Part shown: positions 29,421 to 39,416 of the stretch, one piece after another
Layout of the letters: each line of letters opens with the position of its first letter
How positions within the stretch are numbered: the first letter of the stretch is position 1
NCBI RefSeq assembly: GCF_000021565.1
Contig: NC_012440.1
Location: 696,210 to 760,209, forward strand
From: Persephonella marina EX-H1
Lineage (GTDB): Bacteria; Aquificota; Aquificia; Aquificales; Hydrogenothermaceae
Length of the DNA: 64,000 bases
Direction of reading: 5' to 3'
Program-made: the position numbers and the translations under genes
The notes under the pieces: generated by a model
Told to the model about the DNA's origin: nothing
Databases searched by the model: none
What the model saw: only the letters and a program-made list of their open reading frames with translations

Positions 29421-30328
29421 CTGTCTTCTATCTTCTCAAGGTAGTAAAGCATTCTTGCACCTATAAGAATCGCACCAAAGCTCATATAAAGCCATGCTAA
29501 AAATGCGAATATACCGCTTAATGTTCCGTATATAGGGTTTGTTTTTGAGGCTAATATTATATAGCTGTTAAAACCTGTCTTTAGAAGAAAAAGTATAAGC
29601 GATATAAAGATAGTTGACCAGAGAACATTTCTCATATTTACCTTTATAAGCGGTGTAAGATACCTGTATATAAGGAATATTATTATGAAAAATGTGATAT
29701 AGTGGACCACATTTGTTATATTTGTTGCTGTATCAAGTAAAAACTTAAGGTGGACAACATCAAAGATCTCTTCAAGATACTTCCATAGGGCAAAACTTTT
29801 TACAGTCTCAAGAACTGATGATATCACAAGACCTATTATGTAAATTATTATGAGTGCAACTGTAAAAACAGGGATACCAAATATATAAACAAAGGCTGTT
29901 TTTTTTATACTTACCTCTCTTCCGTCAAAAACATATACGAGAGCTTCATGAAGTGATGTAAATATACCTGTCGCAAAATAGAAGGCTATAACAGTCCCGA
30001 TTATACCGAAAAAGGCTCTTTTTGATGATAATGTAACAAGAAGATCAAGAAACTCCTGAGTTACAGAAGGAAAAAATCTCTGTAATACCTCAAGAATAAT
30101 CTGTATGTTTATATCAGCGAGGAATGATATCAGAACTGTTAGAACAACAAGTAAAGGGAAGAACGACATCAGTGTAAAGTATGATATGGCAGCGCTGTGG
30201 TATCCAAAACCTACCTTAAAGTAATCAAGGAAAGCCCTGTAGAAACTGCTGAAAAAATTTTTTAAAAAGGGCTTTCCTTTTCTGATCTTAAAGAATCTGT
30301 AAGGATTTATCCTGTGAAGATATCTCAA
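29417..30328 (-). CDS. YihY/BrkB (ribonuclease BN-like) family inner-membrane protein
   Basis: 303 aa. The N-terminal YRAFLDYFKVGFGYHSAAISYFTLMSFFPLL is characteristic of the YihY family, followed by 6 TM helices. Confidence 0.8.
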   Translation of the reverse strand: MRYLHRINPYRFFKIRKGKPFLKNFFSSFYRAFLDYFKVGFGYHSAAISYFTLMSFFPLLVVLTVLISFLADINIQIILEVLQRFFPSVTQEFLDLLVTLSSKRAFFGIIGTVIAFYFATGIFTSLHEALVYVFDGREVSIKKTAFVYIFGIPVFTVALIIIYIIGLVISSVLETVKSFALWKYLEEIFDVVHLKFLLDTATNITNVVHYITFFIIIFLIYRYLTPLIKVNMRNVLWSTIFISLILFLLKTGFNSYIILASKTNPIYGTLSGIFAFLAWLYMSFGAILIGARMLYYLEKIEDS

Positions 30329-30618
30329 GTTTCAGACTTAACTACCTCTTCTAATTTTTTTATCTTCTCCTCAACCTCACCTAACGCTTTTCTCTTCTCT
30401 TCCTCTGAAAGCTCTTCCTCCCTTTTTACAAGTGTTGTGAGTTTATCAACAACTTCTGAGAGGAGATTTTTAGCCTTATCTGTCAGCTCTGCCTCTTTCA
30501 GCATAGCCTGTATCTCGTCAAGTTTCTGGAGTATCTCTTCCTTTCTTTTTGCTGCAACATAAGCACCTACAGCTCCAAGTGCTGTTCCAAGAACCATAAG
30601 TATAGTCCCTTTTTTCAT
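30325..30618 (-). CDS. Small membrane-anchored coiled-coil protein (YtxH/DUF948-like), paralog A
   Basis: 97 aa with an N-terminal Gly-zipper TM helix (GTILMVLGTALGAVGAYVAAKRK) followed by a Lys/Glu coiled coil. It parallels the next ORF. Confidence 0.55.
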   Translation of the reverse strand: MKKGTILMVLGTALGAVGAYVAAKRKEEILQKLDEIQAMLKEAELTDKAKNLLSEVVDKLTTLVKREEELSEEEKRKALGEVEEKIKKLEEVVKSET

Positions 30619-30627
30619 AACTCCCTC

Positions 30628-30912
30628 CTATTTTATGAGTTTTTCTAATCTTTTTATCTTCTCTTCAACCTTGTGTATTATAGCTTCCTTCTCGTCAATG
30701 GCAGCTTTCTCAGCTTTCTTTGTCAGGAACTTTATACTGTCAACGGTATCCTCTATCATATCCCTTACGTTATTTTTAATATCTAACCTTTCCACCTTTT
30801 TTTCAATATCATTCAGCTTCTTGTATATCTTTTTCTTGTTTCTTATTGTCAGGTATGTTGCTATTGAACCCATAACAGTTCCTATTAAAAATATTATGAT
30901 GTTCTTCCTCAT
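30628..30912 (-). CDS. Small membrane-anchored coiled-coil protein (YtxH/DUF948-like), paralog B
   Basis: 94 aa with the same architecture (IIFLIGTVMGSIATYLTIRNKKK plus coiled coil). It is tandem to paralog A. Confidence 0.55.
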   Translation of the reverse strand: MRKNIIIFLIGTVMGSIATYLTIRNKKKIYKKLNDIEKKVERLDIKNNVRDMIEDTVDSIKFLTKKAEKAAIDEKEAIIHKVEEKIKRLEKLIK

Positions 30913-30922
30913 ATCCTTTCCC

Positions 30923-31165
30923 CTAAGATTTTTTTCTTCTAAAAAATGATAACAGACCTAAGATTGATGTTGTATACTCAAGATTCTCAACAATCTTATG
31001 AACTTTAGGAGAAAGTGTTTTGTAGTCAACATTCAGCCTTACAAGGATCTGGGACAGTGTTTTAAGTATTGCAAATAGAACAACAGACACAACAAGCATC
31101 CCTACAGTGATAATAACCATACATAAGGCGATAATACCTAAGAAAAATGTGCTTGCTTCCATCAC
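30923..31165 (-). CDS. Small hydrophobic membrane protein (DUF948-like)
   Basis: 80 aa with a single long TM segment then an amphipathic tail. Same strand and tight spacing with the paralogs. Confidence 0.5.
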   Translation of the reverse strand: MMEASTFFLGIIALCMVIITVGMLVVSVVLFAILKTLSQILVRLNVDYKTLSPKVHKIVENLEYTTSILGLLSFFRRKKS

Positions 31166-31175
31166 TCTTACCTCC

Positions 31176-31562
31176 CTAAGAATTTACGTTTTCCAGATAT
31201 ACGGTTTTTATATCTGGTGTTTTAAGCATTGTGTTGCTTACAGTACATCCTCTTTTTCCTATAGTTAAAACTCTTTCTATCTGTTCAGGTGTCAGGTCTG
31301 ATCTGAAAGATACCTCAATCGTTATACTGTCGTACCTGTTTTCCTTTTCATGTTTCTTTCCTTTTACTGTGATCTGGAGATCCTCTATTTTGTAACCTTT
31401 GTGGTTCACATAAGCCTCAACTGTCAGTCCGAAACAGTAACCTATGGAGATTAGCATCAGATCAACAGCTCTCATTCCTGTCTCTGTGAGATTTATACTC
31501 TTTCCGTTTATCTCACCTGTAAAAGTGCTGTCCTGAAGTCTGACAACGGCCTTCTTTTCCAT
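31176..31562 (-). CDS. OsmC/Ohr-family peroxiredoxin-like protein
   Basis: 128 aa with two conserved Cys in GYCFG and GCTVSNT contexts, typical of the OsmC fold. Confidence 0.8.
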   Translation of the reverse strand: MEKKAVVRLQDSTFTGEINGKSINLTETGMRAVDLMLISIGYCFGLTVEAYVNHKGYKIEDLQITVKGKKHEKENRYDSITIEVSFRSDLTPEQIERVLTIGKRGCTVSNTMLKTPDIKTVYLENVNS

Positions 31563-31571
31563 TTAAACCTC

Positions 31572-32429
31572 CTATTTTCTTGTATTTGGCAGATTAATTA
31601 TAGGTGTCATCTCTGTGTCATAAGGTATAAGAATGACAGTGTTATTATCACCTTCAGCGTAAGATTTTATATTCTCTATGAACTTCCACTGGAGATACTC
31701 CTTGGTTAAAGATCCTGCTATTATCTTGTTCGCATCAGCTATACCTTTTGCCTCAACCCTCTTTCTTTCAGCCTCAAGCTTCTCCTTCTCAACGAGGAAT
31801 TTCATCTTCTCAGCCTCTTCGTAGGCTCTTCTCTTCTGTTCAATAGCCTCAACAACCCTTTTTGGAAGTTTTATATCCCTTATCAGTATCTCATCTAACA
31901 GTATGTATCTTTTCTCAAGCTCCTTTGATACCTTTTCCATAAGCTTTTTCTGTATGACATCCCTCTCCTGATAAACCTGTGAACTGTCAAGTTTTGCTAT
32001 AACATCCCTAACAGCAGATCTTATAACAGGTTTTATTATCTTGTCCTCATACTCAAGACCGTACTCAATGTATATCTCAGCAGCCTTATCAGACATGATC
32101 TTGTAAAGAACTGTAAGCTCCGTGTTTATCGTCAGACCGTCTTTGGAAAGTGAGTTTATGGAGTTTGCACCTCTAAGATCGTAAGAGTGTGTTCTTACAG
32201 ACATCTTAACAACCTTCTGGACTATCGGTATAACGATATTAAGGCCGGGATGTAGTTCTTCCTTATCTGCTTTACCAAGTGTAAGTTTTACCCCAACATA
32301 TCCACTGGGTATGATAACGAAAGGATTTGCTAAAAGGAAAAGGAGTATCAAAAACACAAAGATCACTGGAAATATCTTGAAAAAATTTGAGACTTTCTCT
32401 TTCTGGGGCATCTGTGGGATTTTATCCAT
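31572..32429 (-). CDS. Prohibitin/HflC-like SPFH (band 7) protein
   Basis: N-terminal TM anchor, an SPFH core (GYVGVKLTLGK...LTVLYKI) and a C-terminal Glu/Lys/Ala coiled coil. Confidence 0.85.
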   Translation of the reverse strand: MDKIPQMPQKEKVSNFFKIFPVIFVFLILLFLLANPFVIIPSGYVGVKLTLGKADKEELHPGLNIVIPIVQKVVKMSVRTHSYDLRGANSINSLSKDGLTINTELTVLYKIMSDKAAEIYIEYGLEYEDKIIKPVIRSAVRDVIAKLDSSQVYQERDVIQKKLMEKVSKELEKRYILLDEILIRDIKLPKRVVEAIEQKRRAYEEAEKMKFLVEKEKLEAERKRVEAKGIADANKIIAGSLTKEYLQWKFIENIKSYAEGDNNTVILIPYDTEMTPIINLPNTRK

Positions 32430-32536
32430 GGCTATCTCCTATATAAAAATTTTAGCATATTTTATTCTTGTAATATTATTGATATACTATATTCATAGAA
32501 ATATATTTATTATATAAATCATACCGGAGATCTGTT

Positions 32537-32716
32537 ATGGCGTGGTACAGCCTGTCTGAGGTATTAAAAATAAAGCCTCCTACAGATGAGAAAAGTCTTA
32601 AAAGATTGTGGATGAGACCAAGGCCTTCAAAAAAGATAACAAAACCTAAATCTTCAGAAAAAAAGGCTGAGGTTTCTGTTGAGATAAAGAAGGGGAGAAT
32701 AGATATATACGTTTAA
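32537..32716 (+). CDS. Candidate small basic protein (59 aa), not in the ORF track
   Basis: ATG at 32537 with a GGAG 8 nt upstream. MAWYSLSEVLKIKPP..., Lys-rich. No homology recognised. Confidence 0.25.
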   Translation: MAWYSLSEVLKIKPPTDEKSLKRLWMRPRPSKKITKPKSSEKKAEVSVEIKKGRIDIYV

Positions 32717-32868
32717 GGAAGGTTTATCACTATACTCTCTGAAACTGATACAGCCTCAGCTGAACTGCTTAACTCCCCCATCAGAAACATACCAAATACA
32801 ACAAGGAATATCAGGAAAAGGAAAACCATCTCTATCTTCTTTGATTCATCTGTAATTATGTTAAACAT
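32713..32868 (-). CDS. Candidate small membrane protein (51 aa) immediately downstream of uvrB
   Basis: ATG at 32868 preceded by AAGGGAAGG. One predicted TM helix (MVFLFLIFLVVFGMFLMG). Confidence 0.25.
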   Translation of the reverse strand: MFNIITDESKKIEMVFLFLIFLVVFGMFLMGELSSSAEAVSVSESIVINLP

Positions 32869-32925
32869 CTTACTGACCTTCCCTTATATTCTGTTAATAT
32901 ATTTATCGGCAGAAAAATAAAAACT

Positions 32926-34914
32926 TTAAAATGCTCCTATAAGGGATCGTAGTTTCTCAATTTTATCCCTTATCTCTGCAGCCTTCTCAAACTCCCATTT
33001 TTCAGCATATTCCCACATCTGTTTTTCAAGGCTTTCTATCTGTTTTAAAAGATCCTCTTCACTTTCTATATCTTCAGGCAGGTTTTCATACATCTCATAT
33101 ATTCCTATCTCCTCAAGTGATATAAGATCTTTTACCTCTTTTGATACAGTTTTAGGTTCAATACCGTACCTTTCATTGTACTCCTTCTGTAATTTCCTTC
33201 TTCTCTCCGTCTCATTTATAGCCTTTTCCATAGCAGGTGTTATTGTATCTGCATAAAGAATAGCCTTTCCGTTTACATTCCTTGCTGCTCTTCCTATGAT
33301 CTGGATAAGAGCTGTTGCCGATCTTAAAAATCCCTGTTTATCTGCATCAAGAACTGCAACAAGTGAAACCTCAGGCATGTCAATACCTTCCCTGAGGAGA
33401 TTAACGCCAACTATAACATCGTACTTTCCTTCTCTAAGCTCTTTTATTATCTTTACCCTTTCTATGGTATCTATCTCTGAATGGAGGTATATAGCCTTTA
33501 TATCCCTTTCCTCAAGGTAGTCTGCAAGGTTCTCAGCCATCTTTTTTGTGAGTGTTATAACTATGGCTCTCTCATTTCTCTCTTTTATATTCCAGATCTC
33601 TGATATAAGATCATCAATCTGTCCTTCTGTTGGTTTTACGACCACCTCAGGATCTAAAAGTCCTGTAGGTCTTATTATCTGCTCCACAATAACACCTTTT
33701 GATCTCTCTATCTCCCATTCTGCCGGTGTTGCAGATACGTATATAGCTCTCTGTATCTTTTCAACAAACTCCTCAAATTTTAAAGGTCTGTTGTCATAGG
33801 CTGATTTTAACCTCCATCCGTATTTAACGAGGTTGTCCTTCCTTCTTCTATCTCCGTTGTACATGGCTCTAACCTGTGGGATTGTTACGTGAGACTCATC
33901 AACTATCAGTAAAAAGTCATCAGGAAAGTAGTCCATAAGTGTGTAAGGCGGCTCTCCTGGTTTTCTCCCATCAAAGTATCTTGAGTAGTTCTCAATACCT
34001 TTACATGTTCCAAGTTCAAGCATCATCTCTATATCGTAGTTAGTTCTCTGCCACAGCCTGTTTGCCTCAATCTCCTTCCCCTGCTTTCTGAACTCCTCAA
34101 CCTCCCTCTCAAGATCAGCCTTTATCTGTTTTATAGCCTCTATCATATCAGGTCTCGGTATAACATAATGACTTGCAGGAAATACAACTGTAGTGTTCAG
34201 CTTTCTTTTTATATCCCTGTTGAATATATCAAGCTCTGTTATGCTCTCTATCTCATCACCGAAAAACTCAACCCTTAGAATAATATCCTCTGAGTGAGAT
34301 GGGAGTATCTCTACAGTGTCTCCCTTTACCCTGAATGTTCCTCTTTTAAACGAAAAATCATCCCTTACGTACTGAAGTTCAACAAGTCTTTTTAGAAGAT
34401 CCTGCCTTTCAATCTGCTGTCCAACAAAAAGATGGAGTCTTAATTTTTCGTAAAACTCTGGTGTTCCAAGACCGTATATACATGATACAGAGGCAACAAC
34501 GATCGTATCAGGTCTCTCTATAAGACTTTTTGTTGCTGAGTGTCTCAGTCTGTCTATAGCATCATTTATTGAACTGTCCTTTTCAATATAAAGATCCTTT
34601 TCAGGAACATAAGCCTCAGGCTGGTAGTAATCGTAGTATGAGACAAAGTACTCAACAGCATTATCTGGGAAAAGCTCTTTAAGTTCTCTGTAAAGCTGTG
34701 CGGCGAGAGTTTTGTTATGGGTCAAAACTAAAGTAGGTTTTCCATATTTTTCAATAACATTGCCGATAGTGAAAGTCTTTCCTGTTCCAGTGGCTCCCAA
34801 TAGAACCTGCTCTTTTACTCCCTGTTTTAGGTTTTCATAAAGCTGATTTATGGCTTTTGGCTGATCTCCTGCTGGAGGAAATGGCATATCTATCTTGAAA
34901 GGCGTTCTTCCCAT
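32926..34914 (-). CDS. uvrB: Excinuclease ABC subunit B UvrB
   Basis: 662 aa with Walker [10 protein letters not shown], a beta-hairpin region, helicase motifs and a C-terminal UVR domain ([10 protein letters not shown]). Confidence 0.95.
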   Translation of the reverse strand: MGRTPFKIDMPFPPAGDQPKAINQLYENLKQGVKEQVLLGATGTGKTFTIGNVIEKYGKPTLVLTHNKTLAAQLYRELKELFPDNAVEYFVSYYDYYQPEAYVPEKDLYIEKDSSINDAIDRLRHSATKSLIERPDTIVVASVSCIYGLGTPEFYEKLRLHLFVGQQIERQDLLKRLVELQYVRDDFSFKRGTFRVKGDTVEILPSHSEDIILRVEFFGDEIESITELDIFNRDIKRKLNTTVVFPASHYVIPRPDMIEAIKQIKADLEREVEEFRKQGKEIEANRLWQRTNYDIEMMLELGTCKGIENYSRYFDGRKPGEPPYTLMDYFPDDFLLIVDESHVTIPQVRAMYNGDRRRKDNLVKYGWRLKSAYDNRPLKFEEFVEKIQRAIYVSATPAEWEIERSKGVIVEQIIRPTGLLDPEVVVKPTEGQIDDLISEIWNIKERNERAIVITLTKKMAENLADYLEERDIKAIYLHSEIDTIERVKIIKELREGKYDVIVGVNLLREGIDMPEVSLVAVLDADKQGFLRSATALIQIIGRAARNVNGKAILYADTITPAMEKAINETERRRKLQKEYNERYGIEPKTVSKEVKDLISLEEIGIYEMYENLPEDIESEEDLLKQIESLEKQMWEYAEKWEFEKAAEIRDKIEKLRSLIGAF

Positions 34915-34987
34915 CTTTCTCCCTTTTCAGTGAGTAGTAGATAAAATAATATATACTGAAGATTGTATATTACAAAGAGGAGGACTG

Positions 34988-35599
34988 ATGTCAGCTATTT
35001 TTGGTAAGGAGATCCTGGATTATATTTACAATCTTTTCAGCCTTGAGGATGAAGTATTAAAGGAAATGGAAAGGTTTGGGAAGGAGAATGATTTTCCGAT
35101 TATAGATAGATACTCCGGAAGTTTTCTCAATCTGATAACAAAAATAAAAAAGCCTGAACTTGTTGTTGAACTTGGATCAGGCTTTGGATATTCCGCATAT
35201 TACTTTGCGAAGGCTTTAGAGAATGGAAAGGTAGTTCTTATAGATTACCAGGAGAGGAATATAGAAAGGGCAAGATACTTTTTTGAAAAAGGAGGTCTTA
35301 CTGATAAGGCTGAGTTCAGAGTTGGAGATGCTGTTGAGATAGCAAAAGAGTATAAAGATATAGATATTCTTTTCCTTGATTTAGAGAAGTTGAGATATCT
35401 GGAAGCTGTTAAAACCCTTGAAGAAAACCTTTCTGAAGATGCGATAATTATAGCTGACAATGTTCTGTGGCACGGAAATATACTTTCTGAAACAGACAGA
35501 AAAGCTGAAAGATTAAGGGAGTTTAACAGTTATATGTCTGAAAGATACAGATCTATCATAATTCCTGTCGGTGATGGTCTCCTTTTATCTGTTAAATGA
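34988..35599 (+). CDS. Class I SAM-dependent O-methyltransferase (family 3, caffeoyl-CoA OMT-like)
   Basis: VVELGSGFGYSA SAM-binding motif, LDLEK, and the metal-binding D..N pattern of cation-dependent OMTs. Confidence 0.8.
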   Translation: MSAIFGKEILDYIYNLFSLEDEVLKEMERFGKENDFPIIDRYSGSFLNLITKIKKPELVVELGSGFGYSAYYFAKALENGKVVLIDYQERNIERARYFFEKGGLTDKAEFRVGDAVEIAKEYKDIDILFLDLEKLRYLEAVKTLEENLSEDAIIIADNVLWHGNILSETDRKAERLREFNSYMSERYRSIIIPVGDGLLLSVK

Positions 35600-35759
35600 A
35601 TGTTCCAAATAGAACAGTTTTCTGTCCTGAATGGAACAGCTTGAAATCTTGTTTATCTGTAATTTGTTCTTAATAAATAACTTTTCTTGATCTAAATCAT
35701 TGGCATTTTAATTGCCTAGTAGGAATATAAAATGTAGATCCTGCTGCTGCTAACCCATC

Positions 35760-36650
35760 TTATTGGGAGGGGCTACCTCCCTTTTTTAAAATCCTATCAA
35801 TCCTGAAACCTCTCTTTAAGACGGATAACAGTCTTCTTTTATCAGCCAAGAGTGAAGGCTCCTTCTTTAAAGATTCTATAATCAGCTTCCAGCCTGTTTT
35901 TAAATCGCCAAACCTGAGGCAGACCTCGCCGATGGAGAATAAAAAAAGATGATGATACTCATCAGGTATCTGGTTTATATAATCCTGATAAACCTTTAAA
36001 GTTGATCTCCAGAAAACAGGATTTCTGCTTGTTCTTCCTCCATGTTCTCTCATAAAAACCTTATCATTATCTAATATTTTTATCTTCAGACCCTCTTTGA
36101 AAGATCTTAGGAAGAACTCCCAGTCTTCTCTTGGGATATATTTATCTTTGTAACCTGAGAATTTTTCTTTCCTTAAAGCTGTAGCTGTAGGGTATCCTAT
36201 CATTGATGAATAAAGGATCTCTTCTATAGTTTTCGGTATTTTTTTAGTTGATCTTCTTATCACCTTCCCTTTTTCATCAATAAACGTTCTTGGAAATGAA
36301 TAGACGATATCGTACTCCTGAAGATACTTTACACTCTCACTTACATACCCTTTCTCCCAGATATCGTCGTAATCAAGGAAGAAGATAAAAGAGCCTTTAG
36401 CTTTTGATACTCCAAAATTTCTGCTGTAAGCTCTCTCCATATTTTTCTCGTTTCTGTAGTAATGTATCTTTTTGCCTATCAGATCATTAAAGCTGCCAAA
36501 TATAATCTCTTCTGTTCTATCTTTAGATGCGTCATCAACAATAACTATCTCAATGTCTGAATAGGTCTGGTTTATAGCTGAATTTACGGCATCTTTTATA
36601 AATCTCTCACCGTTGTAAACGGGGATAACTACGCTAACAAGACCTTCCAA
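35760..36650 (-). CDS. Family-2 glycosyltransferase
   Basis: VVIPVYNGERFI...IVIVDDASKDRT with DxD-type motifs (DYDD). Confidence 0.8.
   Translation of the reverse strand: MEGLVSVVIPVYNGERFIKDAVNSAINQTYSDIEIVIVDDASKDRTEEIIFGSFNDLIGKKIHYYRNEKNMERAYSRNFGVSKAKGSFIFFLDYDDIWEKGYVSESVKYLQEYDIVYSFPRTFIDEKGKVIRRSTKKIPKTIEEILYSSMIGYPTATALRKEKFSGYKDKYIPREDWEFFLRSFKEGLKIKILDNDKVFMREHGGRTSRNPVFWRSTLKVYQDYINQIPDEYHHLFLFSIGEVCLRFGDLKTGWKLIIESLKKEPSLLADKRRLLSVLKRGFRIDRILKKGGSPSQ
35766..35788 (+). terminator. Canonical intrinsic terminator GGGAGG-ggcta-CCTCCC-TTTTTT
   Basis: 6-bp all-GC stem with a 5-nt loop, immediately followed by T6. It is oriented for the plus strand and overlaps the last codons of the minus-strand GT2 gene. 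Confidence 0.6.
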
Positions 36651-36651
36651 T

Positions 36652-37413
36652 CTACCTCTCCCTGATATTTTTTTCCCAGAGAAATATATATTTCAAAAAT
36701 GTATAAAATGTTGTACTTAATGCAACGATAAAACCTCTTATTCCATCTAAAAAACCTTTTCTTATAAAAAACTCTTTAATAAAAGCTGATACAGGATTGA
36801 TTATAATATTACGGAGTCTGAACTTTTTACCTTTTGTGTACATATCCTCAGCTGAGATCTTTGAGTATCTCAAAACCTTTGAGAAATGATCATAAATATC
36901 CCTGTATGAGTAGTGTAAAAGATCTCCATTTATCTTTGATGTTTTACCGTCAATGACGAGATACTCGTGTACATTTCCACCTTCCCATCTTGGGTTAGAT
37001 GATCTTTTTACAAGCCTAAGCTTCCAGTCAGGCTGAAAGGCGTAATTTAAGATCTTCCCAAGATAGACAGTTTTTCTGTTTATAAAGTATCCATCAGCTT
37101 TGGGATTTCTTACTGCCTGAATGATTGATCTTTTCAGCTCTTTGGATGGGATCTCATCACAATCAAGAAAAAGTATCCATTCCTGTGAACATTTTTTTAT
37201 TAATGAGTTTTTCTGCTCCCTGTATCCTTTCCAGTTTTCTATATAAACCTTAGCTCCGTATTCTTTAGCTATCTCAACGGTTCTGTCTGTTGATCCTGAA
37301 TCAAGGACGATAATCTCAGAGGCTATATCTTTGACCGCCTTTAATACACCTTCAATACGGTCTTCCTCATTGTAAGAAATTAGAGCTACAGTCAGGGGTA
37401 ATCTTTCCATCAA
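36652..37413 (-). CDS. Family-2 glycosyltransferase (LPS-core WaaE/KdtX-like)
   Basis: ALISYNEEDRI...IIVLDSGSTDRT and a DCDE catalytic motif. Confidence 0.8.
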   Translation of the reverse strand: MMERLPLTVALISYNEEDRIEGVLKAVKDIASEIIVLDSGSTDRTVEIAKEYGAKVYIENWKGYREQKNSLIKKCSQEWILFLDCDEIPSKELKRSIIQAVRNPKADGYFINRKTVYLGKILNYAFQPDWKLRLVKRSSNPRWEGGNVHEYLVIDGKTSKINGDLLHYSYRDIYDHFSKVLRYSKISAEDMYTKGKKFRLRNIIINPVSAFIKEFFIRKGFLDGIRGFIVALSTTFYTFLKYIFLWEKNIRER

Positions 37414-37475
37414 ACCTGTTTCGGCTTTTTATTAAAACTTTTCTATTATAACACCGAAACAGGACTCTTAAAAAA

Positions 37476-38441
37476 CTACCCTCCTATGCTTGTCATTATT
37501 CTTCTGCAGTCTGAGAATGCATACCCCGATCTCATTATCTTCTGGTTTGATATATCTTTCTCAATGAGAACCTTCTTTATAAATCTGTCTAACTCCTCAT
37601 CAGTTCCGTATCTGACAACCTCTTTTGCGTCCAGTTCGTCATCTGTTCTGAGACACAGCTTGATATGTCCTTCCGCTGTAAGTCTAAGTTTTGAACAGCC
37701 ATCACAGAATGGGTTTGATATAGGTGTTATAAAACCTATCTTTGTTCCAAGTTTTGGTATTTTGTAAACCCTTGCTGCACCGCTTCCAACGGATATGGCA
37801 GGTATGAGTTTACCGTACTTTTTTTCTATCTTATCCTTTATCTCTTTAAGAGGCTGTACCTTATCCTCCGACCACTGGATCTGTTCACCACCTATAGGCA
37901 TCATCTCAATAAATCTGACCTCAACACCGTACTCTTTACCAAACTCAACAAAATCAAGGGCTTCATCCTCATTTAAACCTTTTACTATAACAGCATTTAC
38001 CTTTATAGGATCGTATCCAAGCTCCTTTGAAACCCTTATCCCTTCAAGAACATCCTCAAGTCTTCCCTTTGTTATCTGGTAGAAAAGTTCAGGCTTTAGG
38101 CTGTCAATTGATATATTAAGTCTGTCTAAACCTGCCTTTCTCAGTTTCTCAGCATGTTTTGACAGTGTTATAGCATTTGTTGTAAGTGATATATCATTTA
38201 TCTGGGGGATATCTTTTAACATTTTTACAAGCTCTTCAAGCTGGGGTCTGACTAACGGCTCGCCGCCTGTTATCCTCACCTTCCTCAGTCCGTACTTCGT
38301 CATAGCCTTAACGAGTCTTGCTATCTCCTCATATCTCAGTATCTCGTCATGGGGAACAAACTCTGAGTTATCCGGACGGCAGTAAAAACATTTCAGGTTG
38401 CACTTGTCTGTAACGGAGACTCTTAAATATGAGATGTTCAT
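37476..38441 (-). CDS. moaA: GTP 3',8-cyclase MoaA (radical SAM)
   Basis: LRVSVTDKCNLKCFYC radical-SAM cluster, RITGGEPL, and C-terminal Cys for the second cluster (CDGCSKLRLT). Confidence 0.9.
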   Translation of the reverse strand: MNISYLRVSVTDKCNLKCFYCRPDNSEFVPHDEILRYEEIARLVKAMTKYGLRKVRITGGEPLVRPQLEELVKMLKDIPQINDISLTTNAITLSKHAEKLRKAGLDRLNISIDSLKPELFYQITKGRLEDVLEGIRVSKELGYDPIKVNAVIVKGLNEDEALDFVEFGKEYGVEVRFIEMMPIGGEQIQWSEDKVQPLKEIKDKIEKKYGKLIPAISVGSGAARVYKIPKLGTKIGFITPISNPFCDGCSKLRLTAEGHIKLCLRTDDELDAKEVVRYGTDEELDRFIKKVLIEKDISNQKIMRSGYAFSDCRRIMTSIGG

Positions 38442-38582
38442 TTTTATCCTCCAGATATTAGCATTTTCTAATAAATCTTATTAAACCTTATTCATAAGGT
38501 TATATCATTTTTGTCCATATGACAAGTTTGAAATATCGGTATTAAAGATATTAATTGATTTTCAGTATGACATTGATTTTGA

Positions 38583-39416
38583 TCAAGTATTGAATTTTTT
38601 TAATAGAAGTTTGTAAATCCTGTTTTTTGGAAATCCTGTTTCCTCGGATATTATTTTTGATATCTCCTTTATCCTTTTACCTTTTTTGTAAAGCTCTTCC
38701 GCCATTTCAATTATATAATCCTCGTTAAATTCCTCACTTTGAACAGGATTACAGATGATCACAAACTCTCCCTTAATAATATCCTTATTCTGATCCAGAT
38801 ACCGGTAAACATCCTTTATATTTCCTCTTATAAATCTTTCATGGATTTTCGTTATCTCCTTCCCAACAACAACCTCACTGTCAGGAATGATCTCCTCAAT
38901 TATTTTTAATGTTTTCAAAACTCTCAGAGGGCTTTCATAAAGGATAAATGTGTACCCTATCTGTTTTAATCTCTCTATCTCTTCCTTTTTTTTCTTTTCC
39001 TTCTGAGGAAGAAATCCTACAAAAATAAATCTGTCTGAGGGAAGTCCTGATGCTGATAATGCTGCTGCTCCAGCAAAAGGACCGGGGATGGGAACAACAT
39101 TTATACTGTTTTCCCATGCTTTTTTAACAACCCTGTATCCAGGATCTGAGATACACGGTGTTCCGGCGTCTGAGACAAGTGCGATATCCATTCCTTCTTT
39201 TAAAAGGGATATAATCTTATCAGAAGCCTTTTCCTCTATATGCTCATGGTATGAAACAAGTTTTTTCCCTGTTATCCCGTAATGGCTGAGAAGTTTTCTT
39301 GTTACCCTCGTATCCTCACAGGCTATGATATCTACATTTTTTAATATCTCAACAGCTCTGTAAGTGATATCTTTCAGGTTACCTATCGGTGTTGCAACGA
39401 TATAGAGTGTTCCCAT
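38583..39416 (-). CDS. rsmI: 16S rRNA 2'-O-methyltransferase RsmI (tetrapyrrole-methylase fold)
   Basis: GTLYIVATPIGNLKDIT...IIACEDTRVTRKLL matches the RsmI N-terminal consensus. Confidence 0.9.
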   Translation of the reverse strand: MGTLYIVATPIGNLKDITYRAVEILKNVDIIACEDTRVTRKLLSHYGITGKKLVSYHEHIEEKASDKIISLLKEGMDIALVSDAGTPCISDPGYRVVKKAWENSINVVPIPGPFAGAAALSASGLPSDRFIFVGFLPQKEKKKKEEIERLKQIGYTFILYESPLRVLKTLKIIEEIIPDSEVVVGKEITKIHERFIRGNIKDVYRYLDQNKDIIKGEFVIICNPVQSEEFNEDYIIEMAEELYKKGKRIKEISKIISEETGFPKNRIYKLLLKKFNT

